Source: Camelus dromedarius
Lineage: Eukaryota
Direction: 5' to 3'
NCBI RefSeq assembly: GCF_036321535.1
Contig: NC_087451.1
Span: forward strand, 19,158,001 to 19,222,000
Length of the DNA: 64,000 bases
Shown: piece after piece, positions 12,501 to 26,462 of the stretch
Layout of the letters: the number at the start of each line of letters is the position of its first letter
Position numbering within the stretch: position 1 is the stretch's first letter
Made by a program: the position numbers and the translations under genes
The notes under the pieces: generated by a model
Told to the model about the DNA's origin: nothing
The model's input: only the letters and a program-made list of their open reading frames with translations
Databases searched by the model: none

Positions 12501-13507
12501 TGGAAGGACTACAGTAAAAGAACAGGGATGAGGAAACAGAGGAACTGGGAGCAAAAAGGACTCTAGAGGGCTAAGGGAACAGCACAGTACACTGAACCTG
12601 GGAGCGGGGCCTGGGAGAAACGGGTAGAAATGAGGTCGGGAGGACAACTCCCGACATCCCAAACACTCACGCCTCTCTCAGATCCTCAGGCACAGCCATG
12701 GTAACCTTGAAGAAGCTGCCTTTGGTTGCAAGGGGATTGGGGTTAACTGGCCGAAGCCGTTCCAGGGTGACAATCTCATTGTAAGTGGCATCACAGGCAG
12801 CATATTCAATGACATAGAACTGGCAGAAGGAAAAAAAAGGAGAAGCTGTGGATGACTTGAGCTTCTATCTCCCGCCTTTCTATGACTAAAATGTGTTTCA
12901 GTTCTCCAAAGGCCTTCACAATCACTCACATCTCCCTTCATCATCCGCACCCGGGCCAGCCACCAGCCACAAGGTTCTTGTTCATTGGCTCGAGAATAAA
13001 CCTGAGAAGTTGAAAATAAAAGAGATATTGAGGACCATCCAAAAACATCAAGAATGGAATAAGCACTAAGACACCTGGGAAGTATCCTAAGCCAAGATTT
13101 AAAAAAGTGGGGAAGAGCTGTTAAATAAAATCAGAGGGCACTGGATTTTAGATACTATCATCATAAATGGAAGAAAAGTGAATCCCTGAAACTGGGAAGC
13201 TCCCTGAGAGTCTGGATGATCCCAACAGTGATGGACAGAGAACTGCTGCATTTCACTCTTCCACAGGCTGCCTGGATGAAGGGAGTAACTTAGCTTGGGA
13301 AGGAAGGACAGTGAACCAACCAGTGAGGAGCCTAGGATGCTGGTATAACGGTAAGGGAGATGCAGACTCCTGGGAAACGTGACATTTATAAAGGGTGGAC
13401 TCCATGCCCTTACCTCCACCTCATCCCCTTCTGTGATCTCCTTATTATAGTCAGCTGGAGGTGGGAGCCGGACATCCCCAAAAGGAATCTGTCTCTCACT
13501 CTGCCAG
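6519..13507 (-). CDS. FXR2: FMR1 autosomal homolog 2 (Agenet, KH and RGG RNA-binding protein), visible exons 3-17; exons 1 and 2 fall in N gaps
   Basis: Exons 13507-13414, 13001-12930, 12819-12671, 12424-12331, 11722-11606, 9812-9642, 9440-9362, 9042-8933, 8700-8614, 8316-8094, 7882-7685, 7592-7392, 7297-7202, 7056-6956, 6614-6519(TAA); all GT-AG with matching phases. The 1888 visible nt plus the expected 81 and 53 nt give 673 aa, the human length as recalled. Confidence 0.97.
11045..11210 (-). mobile_element. MIR-type SINE fragment
   Basis: Degenerate MIR core recognised by eye (cattgtcacagataaagaagaga...gccaaggtca). Confidence 0.5.
12188..12312 (+). mobile_element. tRNA-derived camelid-type SINE in FXR2 intron 6
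   Basis: A box (tggttcagtgg), B box (gagttcaattc), tacctcc, A-rich linker, taattacctcc...cccc and A tail; same structure as four other copies in the window. Confidence 0.9.
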
Positions 13508-13773
13508 CTGCAAGGGAAACAGTGATATGAAAGCTATTCAGCTTATGTGGTTGCCCATTTCTTCAGGAAGAGGTTACTTTCTCTACTGGGCATTTTCTCC
13601 CTTCCCTGGTGATTAGAAGCTAAACCCCAGGCCCTGCTCCATAGTGGTGTCATCTATCTCTTGCTTGCATCTAAATACTGGATCAAATGTCCCCTACCTG
13701 CACCAAATTTCAGCCCTTTCCTCTCCTGGGATCCCACCCAAACCCCTGTCTCTCCCCGACCTATTACATGCCT

Positions 13774-13937
13774 NNNNNNNNNNNNNNNNNNNNNNNNNNN
13801 NNNNNNNNNNNNNNNNNNNNNNNNNNNNNNNNNNNNNNNNNNNNNNNNNNNNNNNNNNNNNNNNNNNNNNNNNNNNNNNNNNNNNNNNNNNNNNNNNNNN
13901 NNNNNNNNNNNNNNNNNNNNNNNNNNNNNNNNNNNNN
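13774..13937 (-). other. FXR2: Assembly gap (164 N) inferred to contain FXR2 exon 2 (53 nt)
   Basis: Exon 2 (GFVKDVHEDSVTIFFEN) is found nowhere else between exon 3 and the promoter. On the minus strand a pyrimidine tract (tcactttct) runs into the gap. Confidence 0.8.
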
Positions 13938-14744
13938 AGAAAGTGACAATTTACCACCACTGCAGCCATCAAGGGAACAGAGACTTCTGGAGGGCCTTAA
14001 ATACTCTTGAGTTTTAGATGGGGACACAAGCAATCTCAAAACAGCCAGACAAAGCTGTACTGGGGAAAGAAAACCAATGTTGAGGTAGCAAGAAAGGAAA
14101 TATTTATTGGCTTGGAAAGGGATGTGGCAAAATCCTGAAATGAGATAGAAATTAAGTTGAAGGGAGAAACATCACCTGCATCAGAATAGCCTGGAAACTA
14201 GTGGTCTCCTATGGCTCCCACAGGGACCTCCCTATCTGTCTGCCTCCTGCTGTGCTGAGCAGCTTGCCAGAGTTCAATTAAAATACCAACAACATTCAGC
14301 AAAGCTAAGAATATCCCATGAGACAGTGTGAGACTGTCCCGGAGCACCTAGAGGACATCAGGATCTGCCAAGACAGAAAAGGGTCTGGCTTCTTAATACA
14401 GCAAGAGCCCTGAGCAAACATGGTGCCGGGGTGCCTGGTCCTAAGAAAATAATCAGAACACTGGAGAAGTTCAAAACTTCGAACACAATTCACAGAAGGA
14501 AAAATTGGGATTTAAAAGATGTGAGATTTCTAAATGTTAGACTAGGATACTGCTGAGATTTTGGAAAGGAAAATAAAATTTGTGGAAGACCCCAATCTTG
14601 AGATCTTGACAAAGAGGAACAGGGAAGATTAAATAGCTGGTCTACCTATTTCCTACATCCTCACTGAGGAAGCCAAGGCTATGTGTTCAATCCTTTGCTC
14701 CCAATTTTTCTATCTTCTCTCGCTATTTTTGACATATTCAAAAT

Positions 14745-15040
14745 CAGGGGTTGCTAAGTTTGATAAAGTCCAATTTATCAATTTGTCTGTTTGTAACTGA
14801 GCTTTTGGTTTCCTTTCTAAGAAATCCAAAGCCACAAAGGTTTTCCCCTATGTCTTCTAGCAATCTTATAGTTTTAATTTTACATTTAGGTCTATGATCC
14901 ATTTTGAGTTGAATTTTGTATATGGTGCAAGATATGATCAAAGTTAATTTTTACCTATGGATATCCAGTTCTTTCAACACCATTTGTTGAAAGACTATCC
15001 TTTCTCTACTGAATTACCTTCCACTTCTGTCAAAAATCAG
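14745..15040 (-). mobile_element. Old LINE-1 ORF2 C-terminal fragment
   Basis: ORF 14744-14941 (KIQLKMDHRPKCKIKTIRLLEDIGENL...QIDKLDFIK) resembles the L1 ORF2p C-terminus. Confidence 0.8.
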
Positions 15041-18000
15041 AAAATACAAATTAATGTATAACAGAAAGCAGGTTGGTGGTTGGCAGTTGGCAGAAGACTT
15101 TTGGGAGGGATAGAAATGTTCATTATCTTGATTATGGTTTGTTTTATATGTATGTCAAAACTTAACAAATTGTACACTTTAAATATGTGTACTTCACTAT
15201 ATATCAATTATGCCTCATTAAAGCTTTAAAAAAATTTAGTGGTTTCAAAAAGCTAACATACAGGAACTATTCCTGAGCTTTGCAAGTAGGAACAAAATAT
15301 GAGCTTAGGAGAGAAAACACCAAAAACGTATACTTGTGTCACTCCCACCTCAGAGAACTAGTCAATCATAAACACTACATTGCTGTTTCCTTACGGTGGG
15401 AAAATCTAAAAAATCTCACTCTTGATACAGATCTTGCTATGGAGTCTTACTACTTAGAGCCTTACTACTCCCCAAGGCATTAACACTCCTGCCTGGCCCC
15501 TTCATGCTTTAGCTTTCTCAGCCATTCCCTTCCTCGGAAATGTTTTTCCCACTCTTCATTCAGCTCCATCAATACCCATTCCTACTATTCTCCATTCAAG
15601 TCTTCTGAGGCATCTACTCCCCACTATTTGCCTAAGTCCCTCCTCCCTTTTGGGTTCTTCCCTTAGTTCCTTCCTCCCCTCCTTTTTTTTCTTTAGCTCT
15701 TTTCTCAGTGTCCTCTTCCCCTCCTCCCACAACCACTATCATCTCTCTTGCCTCTTCTTTTCACCCTTTATAAGGGTCTGTCTGAATTTCTATAAACATT
15801 TCAACCAGCCTCTTCAGCTGACTTTATCCAACTCACTATACAAAATGTCTATCTCTAAGCTTTAGAAACAGTTTATCAACAGAGAGTTAGCTATTTTCAA
15901 AACATTTCAGGGATGAAATAAAACACAGTGGAAGACACAGAAGGAGAAAAGAATCACTTGCCTGCCTCTTTGGTGAACAGATTCCCACTCCTAGGTATAT
16001 ATACACATTCACAAAGGATATGCCTAAAGCTCCAATCCAATCCTCCTCCAACGTGTCAAGGTTGGACCTCAGGGAGAGGCAGCAATACTACCTGGTTTTT
16101 CTAGCTACCATGATCCCAAAGCAGAAATTCAAAGCTCAGAATGGAGTTTTCCCTCACATTACTCAGCAGTACAATGAAGCGTCACTCATACTTCTAGGGT
16201 CCTTTTCCTTCAGATTCTCCAAAACAAGCTTTCTCCTCAACTTCATATTCCAATTCAGTCTCTGCTCCTTAATTCCACCCACACCACCCCAGTTTTTTTC
16301 CTCCAAAGATACCAGTGATAGAAAGAGAGCTCCCAGTTCTGCTCAGTCCATGATCATTGGGAAGTTAAGCAGATGAAGGCAAGAGCAGTTGAATAAATCT
16401 CTAGAAAGCTACCTACATCCAAAGGATAACTCGATTCAGTGGCCATGGTATATAGGATTTTGGCTTATAGGGCCTAGGACTGGAGAGAGGAAGAGACAGC
16501 CTTAGTTTCCTAAGTACTTCAGTTTCCTCAAATTACAAGACATAAAATTAGTTCCCACCTTCAACCTATCTTCTAGTCCTGGACTCTCAAAATAAAGGAA
16601 GGAGTTCTAGGAGAAAAGCAGGAAAGGGTCTGGATAAAAACCACATGTTGAAGCTGAGGATGCCATATTCTTTAACAAAAGAACAGGAATTAGGATATCC
16701 AGGTAAGGTCTGGAGAGCTGGATAACTGTGTCCTGGAAGTTGAACAGATACTTCATTTAGGAGAGTACAATTTAAAGAATAAAACACATTAAGTTCTGAC
16801 AGAAAAGAAAGAACTGATGGGATAGCTACAAGATAACTTAGACCCCAGATCTGACATTTGCAGTTCTACCCTGGAAGATCAACAACAGGACCCAATTCTG
16901 AGAGGGATGAAAGGAACCTTCCCAAATTTATAGTTCTGGAAGCAATGTAAACACTCCTTGACCCACACTGAAGTTTGCTGAGTCATGAATATTAAATCAG
17001 TAGCAAGGTCAGATTGGGTAAGTATCTATATGGCACTGAAAGCTGAAGAAAGATTAGTCTGAATTTAAGGACTGATCGTTATTTTCAACTGAGGCATGGG
17101 GCAGAAAATGCTAAAGTGACCAGAACACAAAATCCACATTACCTGGCTTTCAGCTCAACTCCAAATTTTACTCTCTGATTTAAAGCATCCCATCCCCAAT
17201 TCACTCAATCAAGTATATCACTGCCACAGCCCACAGGAGAAAAGGGAAAGATTCAGAGTCTTTGTTAGACACTCATATGTGGAAAGGGAAATTTCCCTTC
17301 CCAGCCGGCGTACACCGTTAATTTGAACTGGATACCAATCTTTCCCAGCTGTGCTTGGCTTCCCTGCTTCCTAGAACAAAAGCAAACATCATATCTTGAT
17401 CTCAGACTCAATTTAAGAATCACTTTTCTTGGGGGTGGGAAGGATCTAGATGAAGGACAAGATACTGTGGGAAATTAGGCTAAACTCTTATGAGGAAAGG
17501 TATTTCAACAAAGGTAATGCAAGTCTGGGGAAAAGGGATTTAAGAGACAAATGTACTCTATCAGAACCAGAAAGGAATTAAAAGAGACTCTGCCAAAGAA
17601 AACAGAAATGCTATGGAGGCAGCTAGAAGAAAAAAGTCTCATGAGTTAGGAAAGTATGCACAAAAAAATGACAGACGGGATCAGCTGGGAGCTTCCTTCT
17701 CCCATCTCAGCTGGGTAATAGAATAAGGCCGTTTCCGGGGATTACACAGGAATACAGAAATATTAGGACAAAAAGGCAAAGACTTAAACTGAGAGGATAA
17801 GATCGATGTGGGTACCCACAGGCACTGAATATAAAGAAATCTGGTGAGGGAAGTAAGGCAGAAATGAATAGGCATTTAGAGTGGGTAAAAAATCACTATA
17901 CTGAATTTATCATTTGAAGCTGGGGCAGAAACCTTCTACTCCAAGGACAAATATGAGACCCTTTCTAGTTACAGTTATAGCAAGATATGCTTCACAGGGA

Positions 18001-19305
18001 AGGAGATGGAGAAAGTCATTTCCAAGGGCACTAAGGCGAACAGGTCTACTATGGGAGGCTTGAGGGGAAGTGGAGGAAAGGGGCCTCTTCTCACAAGTGA
18101 TGTTATGAGAAAATATCTCTGCTCTTGCTCCTTAGGATAAAACAAGAGAATGAGACAGAAATTAGGAAAGTCTCTGAGACAATTTCAGGCATAAAGTCCA
18201 AAGAGTTCAAAGTAACAACAGTCACATAAAGAAAAATTCCTGAGAGACAAGAGGGGTCTCCCTCTGGCTTAATCTAAATTTAGTGTCCTAAAAAATAGCT
18301 TCAGAACAGATAAAGAAGGCAATAAAAGTAGTTCTAAAAAACCAAATCCTGGGCAAGGAGGGAGCTGAAGTAAACAAGGATCTTTTAAAGATAGTCCCCT
18401 TCTTCTTAAAAAAAAAGAAAAAGAAAAAAAAAAGCCTATCGGATTCCCAAATTGGGCAGCCTGGTCAAAAGTCTTCTAGAAGTGGATATCTTTTAAGATA
18501 AACATAGGGAATCCTAATGAGATCCCCTTTTAGAGATCACAATATGAAGCTTACACTCCTCAAGATGAAGAAAGTATATGAATGATCTAAATGTATCTGA
18601 GGTCAAAGTGAGATGATAAATACAAAACCATCCCTGGGTAGAATGGTAGACTAGCTAGTCTTGGGATAAAGGGGTGGGGTAAGAGACTTGTGAAAAGATG
18701 CCACCTTATGGCTAGGAGGTAACTTGACTGGTACAGCCCAGAGTTCCTGAGGTCAAAAACACGAAATGTCATAAACAGACTTCGACCGTTTCTCCTTGGG
18801 TTAGAAACAGAAATACAAGATGAAAGTGGGGTGAGTCTTTCCGAGCCAGCAGGCAGAGGCCTCTCGGAGAAAGATGAAAGGATCTAATATGGGACGGCCT
18901 TCCCAAGGGGTTAACAGGGGAGAATAAAGAGAATTCTCCATGTGCGTAGACTGTAGGGAAGATGTGATTAAGGTCTAAGGTAAGTCTTCCACTAGGAAAC
19001 AGGAAAAGTCAATGACACGCTGGGTAAATGGGGTCTCTTCTGGGGTGTTGGGGTGGGGGGCGCTGATCCAAGCACAATAATGCCCTGATATTCATGCTCT
19101 CTGAGATGCGGGTAAAAGCAGGTATAATTAAAGGGGCCAAAAATAAGAGGAAAGGGTTAACTTCCAGAGGTCTCCTCAGGAGGGCCGCGGGTGGGAGCGT
19201 GAGTCTAAGGTTCTAAGGGTCAGGACTTAGCTCCAGAACCTCGATCCCGCCCCACTCTCTGCTCTGGCTGGAGGGAAGTGGCTGAAGACCGTGTCCCCGG
19301 CCAGC

Positions 19306-19741
19306 NNNNNNNNNNNNNNNNNNNNNNNNNNNNNNNNNNNNNNNNNNNNNNNNNNNNNNNNNNNNNNNNNNNNNNNNNNNNNNNNNNNNNNNNNNNNNNN
19401 NNNNNNNNNNNNNNNNNNNNNNNNNNNNNNNNNNNNNNNNNNNNNNNNNNNNNCGGGNNNNNNNNNNNNNNNNNNNNNNNNNNNNNNNNNNNNNNNNNNN
19501 NNNNNNNNNNNNNNNNNNNNNNNNNNNNNNNNNNNNNNNNNNNNNNNNNNNNNNNNNNNNNNNNNNNNNNNNNNNNNNNNNNNNNNNNNNNNNNNNNNNN
19601 NNNNNNNNNNNNNNNNNNNNNNNNNNNNNNNNNNNNNNNNNNNNNNNNNNNNNNNNNNNNNNNNNNNNNNNNNNNNNNNNNNNNNNNNNNNNNNNNNNNN
19701 NNNNNNNNNNNNNNNNNNNNNNNNNNNNNNNNNNNNNNNNN
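19306..19741 (-). other. FXR2: Assembly gap (436 nt, N except a 4-nt cggg island at 19454-19457) inferred to contain the FXR2 5'UTR and coding exon 1
   Basis: The minus-strand flank GCAGTAGGCGGTGGCGGCAG resembles the start of the FXR2 mRNA; GC-rich sequence on both sides. Confidence 0.85.
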
Positions 19742-20260
19742 CCCTGCCGCCACCGCCTACTGCGCAGGCGCACCGAGCACCCGCCCGCCGCGCGCGGGTC
19801 CCAAGGGCCACTGCGCAGGCGTCGAAGCTGGCGACCCAGCTCGCGCTCGCCAGCGCATCAGGGCTTCTACACTCCTCTTCACTCTCTCACGCCCTCTCCT
19901 GGTCGCTTTTTTGCGCTTGCGCAGAATGAGACTGGCGCTCTTTCTTCGCCACCCCACCACTCCACCGTCCCCATCTCTTCCTTTCCCCGCCCCACAACAC
20001 TGAGAGCTAACCAATCATGGGGAGGGAGGGGCCAAGCTCACTCAGTCGGATTGGGTTTCTGCTGCTCCTGGTCAGACCACACCCACTTCACCCTGAGAGC
20101 TCCACCAGGCTTGGGCAAGTTAGGGATGGGCATGCGCCTGAATGATTGCTTGGTCACTTTCCCCACCTTTGTCTTCCTTGATGCGCACGCTCCAAAGAAA
20201 AAAAAGAGGAGTCAAAAGGAAAAAGGAGGGGCTGGTGCGCATGCGCTGAGCTTTAATGTC
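19742..20260 (-). promoter_or_regulatory. FXR2 CpG promoter with NRF1 and CCAAT (NF-Y) motifs
   Basis: NRF1-type TGCGCAGGCGCA 19761-19772, TGCGCAGGCG 19812-19821, TGCGCTTGCGCA 19912-19923, TGCGCATGCGC 20236-20246; CCAAT 20011-20015, ATTGG 20050-20054. Confidence 0.8.
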
Positions 20261-20574
20261 TACAGTCCCGTATAGGCTCTTTTGATCATCTGTAACTCTT
20301 GTGAGAGGTTTACGAGTCATGTTCTTGCCTTGAGAAGATTCTGATCATGCGTATATTGAAAGGTTAAAAAAGAATGTCAAGGCAGTACCAAAAGGCAAAT
20401 GCAACTTAGATTAGCACAAGATTTGATATCTAAATGCTGAGAAAATTCAAAATAGGAAAAATTACTATGGAAAAAGGATAGCAGATGGAAAACTTAGGAT
20501 TCTTAAACTAAAATAATTAAGAAGTTTAGGTATAAGTGAATAAAATCGTACACAGATTAGAATCATGTGTTGTG

Positions 20575-21450
20575 CAGTTAATCATTTAGCAAATATTTAG
20601 CCCTCACTCTGTTCCAATCACTATAAGTGGTAAGGATACAAAGGCAAGATGTGGGCCCAAAGACAAGACTTTCACAATGTGTTGGGGAAGGGACAGACAA
20701 TTAAACAGATTTAAACAAACAAGTCAACAAATAAGTGCATGGCTTTAAATTGAAGACAGAAATAAGAACTAGGCATAGAGGGAAATCCAGGGAGGCAAAC
20801 AATGGTCAATTGTTCTTCAGAGTGATCCAGGAAGACCTCTGCAGGGGAGGTGGTGCAAACTGAGATTTGAGGTATGAGTAGGAGTTTGCTAGAGGAAAAG
20901 TGCAGTAAGAGTATTCTTGAGAGAACAGAGTACAACGGTGCAAAGGAGCAGAAAGAGTTTGTCCTTTGGGGAACCACAACTAGTTTAAACAGCATTTGGC
21001 TTTAAGTAGGGAAGCTGAATTGTGAAGGACTTACAAATCAGAATAAGGAAAATGGCCTTCACTTTATCAATACTGAAGAGCCATTGAAAGATTTTAAACA
21101 GTAGTATAAAGTGATAGGATTTACAGTTTACAACGGTGGAGAATAGATTCAAGAGTAAGGACATTCCCTAAGGTGGTGAGACCTATGAGGAGCAGGTGAT
21201 ACTGAGGACATTTCAGACAGGGTAATGACATGTGCAGAAGGCTCAGAAAGGAGTGTACGGTGCATCTGAGGTACTGAAAAGAGTCAAACGTGGTCAGAAC
21301 TTGAAGAGGAAACATGGCTGGAATAATATTTCAGATAACGGAGGTTTGGGCCAGATCCTGGAGGGACTGACCAGAAGCTTTGAGTGCTGAAAGCAGTGGC
21401 AGGATTTTCAGTAGACTTGCCTTTAGATGAGATTACTCTAGCTGGACTAT
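20575..21450 (-). mobile_element. LINE-2 fragments
   Basis: Reverse complement of the L2 3' end (catttagcaaatattt...ggatacaaag) followed by purine-rich L2 body; boundaries approximate. Confidence 0.65.
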
Positions 21451-21899
21451 AAACAGTGTGCAAACAGAATGTCCCAGCTCACCTTAGGACTTCTAAATAC
21501 ACAGACTAGGCAGGAGACAGATTGATGGCTGGACGGTTAGATAGATACTAAAAATGGGGATTAAACGAAAGTTTACAGATTGAATGTTGAGACTTGCCCC
21601 AGACTCCCTCTTCACCCAGCTCTGAGATTACCTACAGCCTGTCTTATACCCTGCAAGTGGGAGTCTGGAAGTCTTCTCTGGGAAATCTGACCAGACAAAG
21701 AAAAAGATCTAATGGTATTGATACCAGTGGTTCCTCAAGGAAATGGCCTCTTGGATCACCCTATAGTGAAGATCACAGTCAACATGCCTCCCTACCTCTC
21801 ACATAGATGCACACAGAACTTCCAAGCAGTACCTTAGTGTACCTCAATTTTAAATATGAGCAGACAATTGAGGATTACCAGTCACTTGAGGAAAGCTTC

Positions 21900-23710
21900 T
21901 AAAATGAAAGACAAAGGCCAAAACAAATAGAGAAAGAAAGAAAGAAAGAAAAAGTTGTAGCAGAAATACAGATTACACAATGGAAAAAAAACATTTTAAA
22001 AAAATCACAAATATTCTCAGTTAAGAAAAGAATATATATCCATGAAATAAAACCAGAACTTTTTAAAATGCAGAGAATAAAAGAGAACTCTTAGAAATTA
22101 AAAACCTGAAAGCAGAAATAAAAATTCAATAGGAGGTATATAATATACAACATGATAGATATAATTAACACTGCTGTATGTTATATATGAAAATTGTTGC
22201 GTTCTCATCACAAGAAAATTTTTTTCTCTACTTCTTTAATTTTGTACTATATGAAATGATGGATGGTAACTAAAGTTATTGTGATAATCATTTTGCAATG
22301 TATGTAAATCAAATCATTATGCTGCATATCTTAAACTTACACAGTACTGAAATTATATCTTTTTAAAACTGAAAGAAAAATAGATAAAATTCATTAGTGG
22401 ATAAAAAAATTCAATAGAAGGGTTGGAAAATAACATTAAAGAAATCTCCTGGAAGATAGAGGGGGAAAAAAAGGAAAGAAAATAATTTTGAAAGTAAAAG
22501 ACTAGTCCATGGAATTTAACATCTGAATAACAAAAGTTCCAGAAAGAGCTCATAGAGATAATGTAGGGGAGGAAATTACCCAAAAAATAATAATAATTTT
22601 TTTAAATGTTTTCATAACTGAAAGACATGAGTTTCCAGATTGCAAAAACCCACTAAGACCACACATTTGTATGTAAGATCTCAGGATGCTAAGATAAAGA
22701 AAAGATCTTAAAACTGTGGTTGGGGAAAGAGGGAAGGAAAATAAAAATAGGCTTCATACAAAGGATTCAGAATAAGATTTCAGACTTCTTATCAGCAATA
22801 CCAGAAGCTAGAAGGCAATGGAGAAATGCCTTAAAAATTCTCAGGGTAAATTATTTCCAAACTAATATTTGCTACCCATCCACACTGTCAATTATGTACA
22901 ACAGTAAAATAGACATTTTCAGATTTTTAAGATCCCAACAAATTTACCTCCCAGGCATCCTTTCTGAAGAAGCTTCATCAAAATAAACCAAGAAAGATGA
23001 GTACATAGGTTCTGGGAAACAGGCTATGAACCCAAGACAGAGGAAAAGGGAGTCCCGAGGATGGATGTGAAGGGAGATACCAACAGTGTTGCCTAAAGAT
23101 CAGACTCTGTGCTGAAGCAGGTCTAAAGGCTCTGTGAGAAAGTTCTTCAAAATGAAATAAATAAAATTCCTTAGGTGTTTATGTATTCTGAGAAAAGACT
23201 GACACAACTAAGGGAGAATTGGGGGATAAATAAGAGTATACAGAAAATTAAGGAAAATAAAGAAGACAAGGCAAGTGTTGATTCCAAGGAAAACAAAAAT
23301 GGTGCAAGAGAAGAAAAAAACAACCATCCACATGGCTCAACTGTAAAGAGCATTTGCATAATCATAACGAAACACAGATTCAACCAGAGTTATGATATAA
23401 TATTGGAAGGATGGGAGGATGAGAAGTGCAGGTGGGGTGATGGGGAAGTTGGAAAAGAGAGTTAGCAGTGGAAGGTCCATATTCATGCCTGAAACAGAAA
23501 CATCAAAAAGTAGCAGTATTTGTATGCTATTTTGAGTTTGAGATATGAAGGTAAATTGAAAAAAAATAACAATTTAAAAACTCATTTGAAAGTGATTGAC
23601 TTTGAAGAGTGAAGGGAATTGGGAGACTACTTCTTTCAATATATAGACCTTATAGAAATATTTGATTCTTTAAATAATATATTGTATATCTTTGATAAAA
23701 ATAAATAAAT
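21900..23710 (+). mobile_element. Old LINE-1 (ORF1 region and 3' fragments)
   Basis: ORF 22720-22986 (DFLSAIPEARRQWRNALKILRVNYFQTNICYPSTLS) resembles the L1 ORF1p C-terminal domain; A-rich; boundaries approximate. Confidence 0.75.
22137..22405 (+). mobile_element. Younger L1 3'-end fragment nested in the older L1
   Basis: L1MA-like 3'UTR flanked by aaaattcaataggagg (22121-22136) and aaaattcaatagaagg (22406-22421), a 15/16 target-site duplication. Confidence 0.7.
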
Positions 23711-24609
23711 AACCCAGTTACAGGAAGGAATTAGGGAGTCTGGGAGATCAGTTAAGAGGCTATGGCAACTTTCAAAGAGAGATGATAGCGGAAGTAGGGA
23801 TAGGGATGTGGACAGATTTGACAGATATTTTAACTAAGTTTTCTCTATTTTCCCTTTAAAAACCCCTTACCCTAAATGCCCTTCCCTCTGTTCTCCCTGG
23901 AACGGAGAATGGCCAGACCCCAGGTGCTTATCATTCCATACCAGTCAGCCCCAACATCTAAGGCTCAAAAATTGGCATTACTCTGGAAGAATATGGGCCC
24001 CTGAACTGTTCTTTGACTAAATATTTTTTAATTTGAATCTTTTAAGATGGATTCTTCAACTCTCCATATGCCATAGATCCTGTTTCTTACAATTTACACA
24101 TTTGTTACCTACTTTTCAGTGTCTAAATTATGACCATTTAACCAATGGTTCATCTACAAAAGGAATAATATGCCAGCATGGATGGCAGATGACAGATGAG
24201 TTTAATACTATGGGAAGATTTTCTGATTTATTGTTAAATGAAAAAAACAGGTCACAAAAGAGTACAATCCCATAAACGCCAACACACTTAACTAGTTATA
24301 TGTATACATTTACGCTGAAAAAAACTAAAGAATTGATACCAAAGGGTTAATAATTATGTAAGTAAGGCTATGGATTCTATACTTCAAATATTTCTTCAAC
24401 AAACCTGTATTACTTGTGCAATAAAATGTTATGAAAGTGGGGAATTAGTTTGTTTCCCTTCTTACCTTCATGAGCCCTTAAAGTTTGTTCCAGTTTTGCA
24501 GAACCGAAAATAAAGGCTTTGTGACTTTTGAAAAAGAAAAATCACTAAATAGCTGAGCGGATTTTTTAAAGTCGGGGCAAGTAAAATGCCCTGTGCCCCT
24601 GAAAAGCCA

Positions 24610-24623
24610 CCACTAGGTGGCAG
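24610..24623 (+). promoter_or_regulatory. Candidate CTCF site between FXR2 and SAT2
   Basis: CCACTAGGTGGCAG is a near-perfect CTCF core motif. Confidence 0.7.
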
Positions 24624-24948
24624 CCTGCTCCATCTGTTGAGTCCGTGGGCTAGCCTCAGTCATGGATTCTGCACAGCCCAGTCCACACACTGTACGCCTT
24701 TGTCTGGGTCCCAAACGTGACCTACAAGCCTGATGTGAAAGATGGCCCCTTGCTCTTCTTTTCTCTATATTCTACAGGCCAGAGCCAAGACTCTGGTCCA
24801 TTGAGAGCGAAAGTCATCTTAGGCCCACCTTTACCCCCAGGAGCAACATCCACTGACCAGAACACTGAGGAAGGGTTGTAAAGTGGCTGAAGCTTATCAC
24901 ATGCTCAATCTCTCCTCCCAACACCACATCAGCACATAGGAATTCTCA

Positions 24949-24954
24949 TTTATT
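24949..24954 (-). terminator. SAT2 polyadenylation signal AATAAA
   Basis: tttatt on +, about 200 nt after the SAT2 stop. Confidence 0.75.
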
Positions 24955-25148
24955 TTTCACCCTTAACAAGAAGGTGGGAAGGCCTTTTCCATGCTTCTGC
25001 TCTTTCCATTTGGGAATATTCACCCCCAATCCTCCTTCCTTCAGGAAGGCCTTTGTCGGTGGAGACTATCTCTGGGGTGATAGTCTCTAAGGAGTGCTTG
25101 AGCTGGTGGGCATGGAGAAGCTGAGATAGAGATTCTCAAGGGATGGGA

Positions 25149-26462
<1,314 letters not shown>

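Noticed and set aside
6519-19770. FXR2 as a 5'-truncated pseudogene
   Set aside because: The missing exons coincide with N gaps; all 15 visible exons are intact and in phase.
19213-20003. Long ORFs spanning N runs (also 6254-6592, 13644-14039, 36140-37197)
   Set aside because: Open only because N codons cannot be stops.
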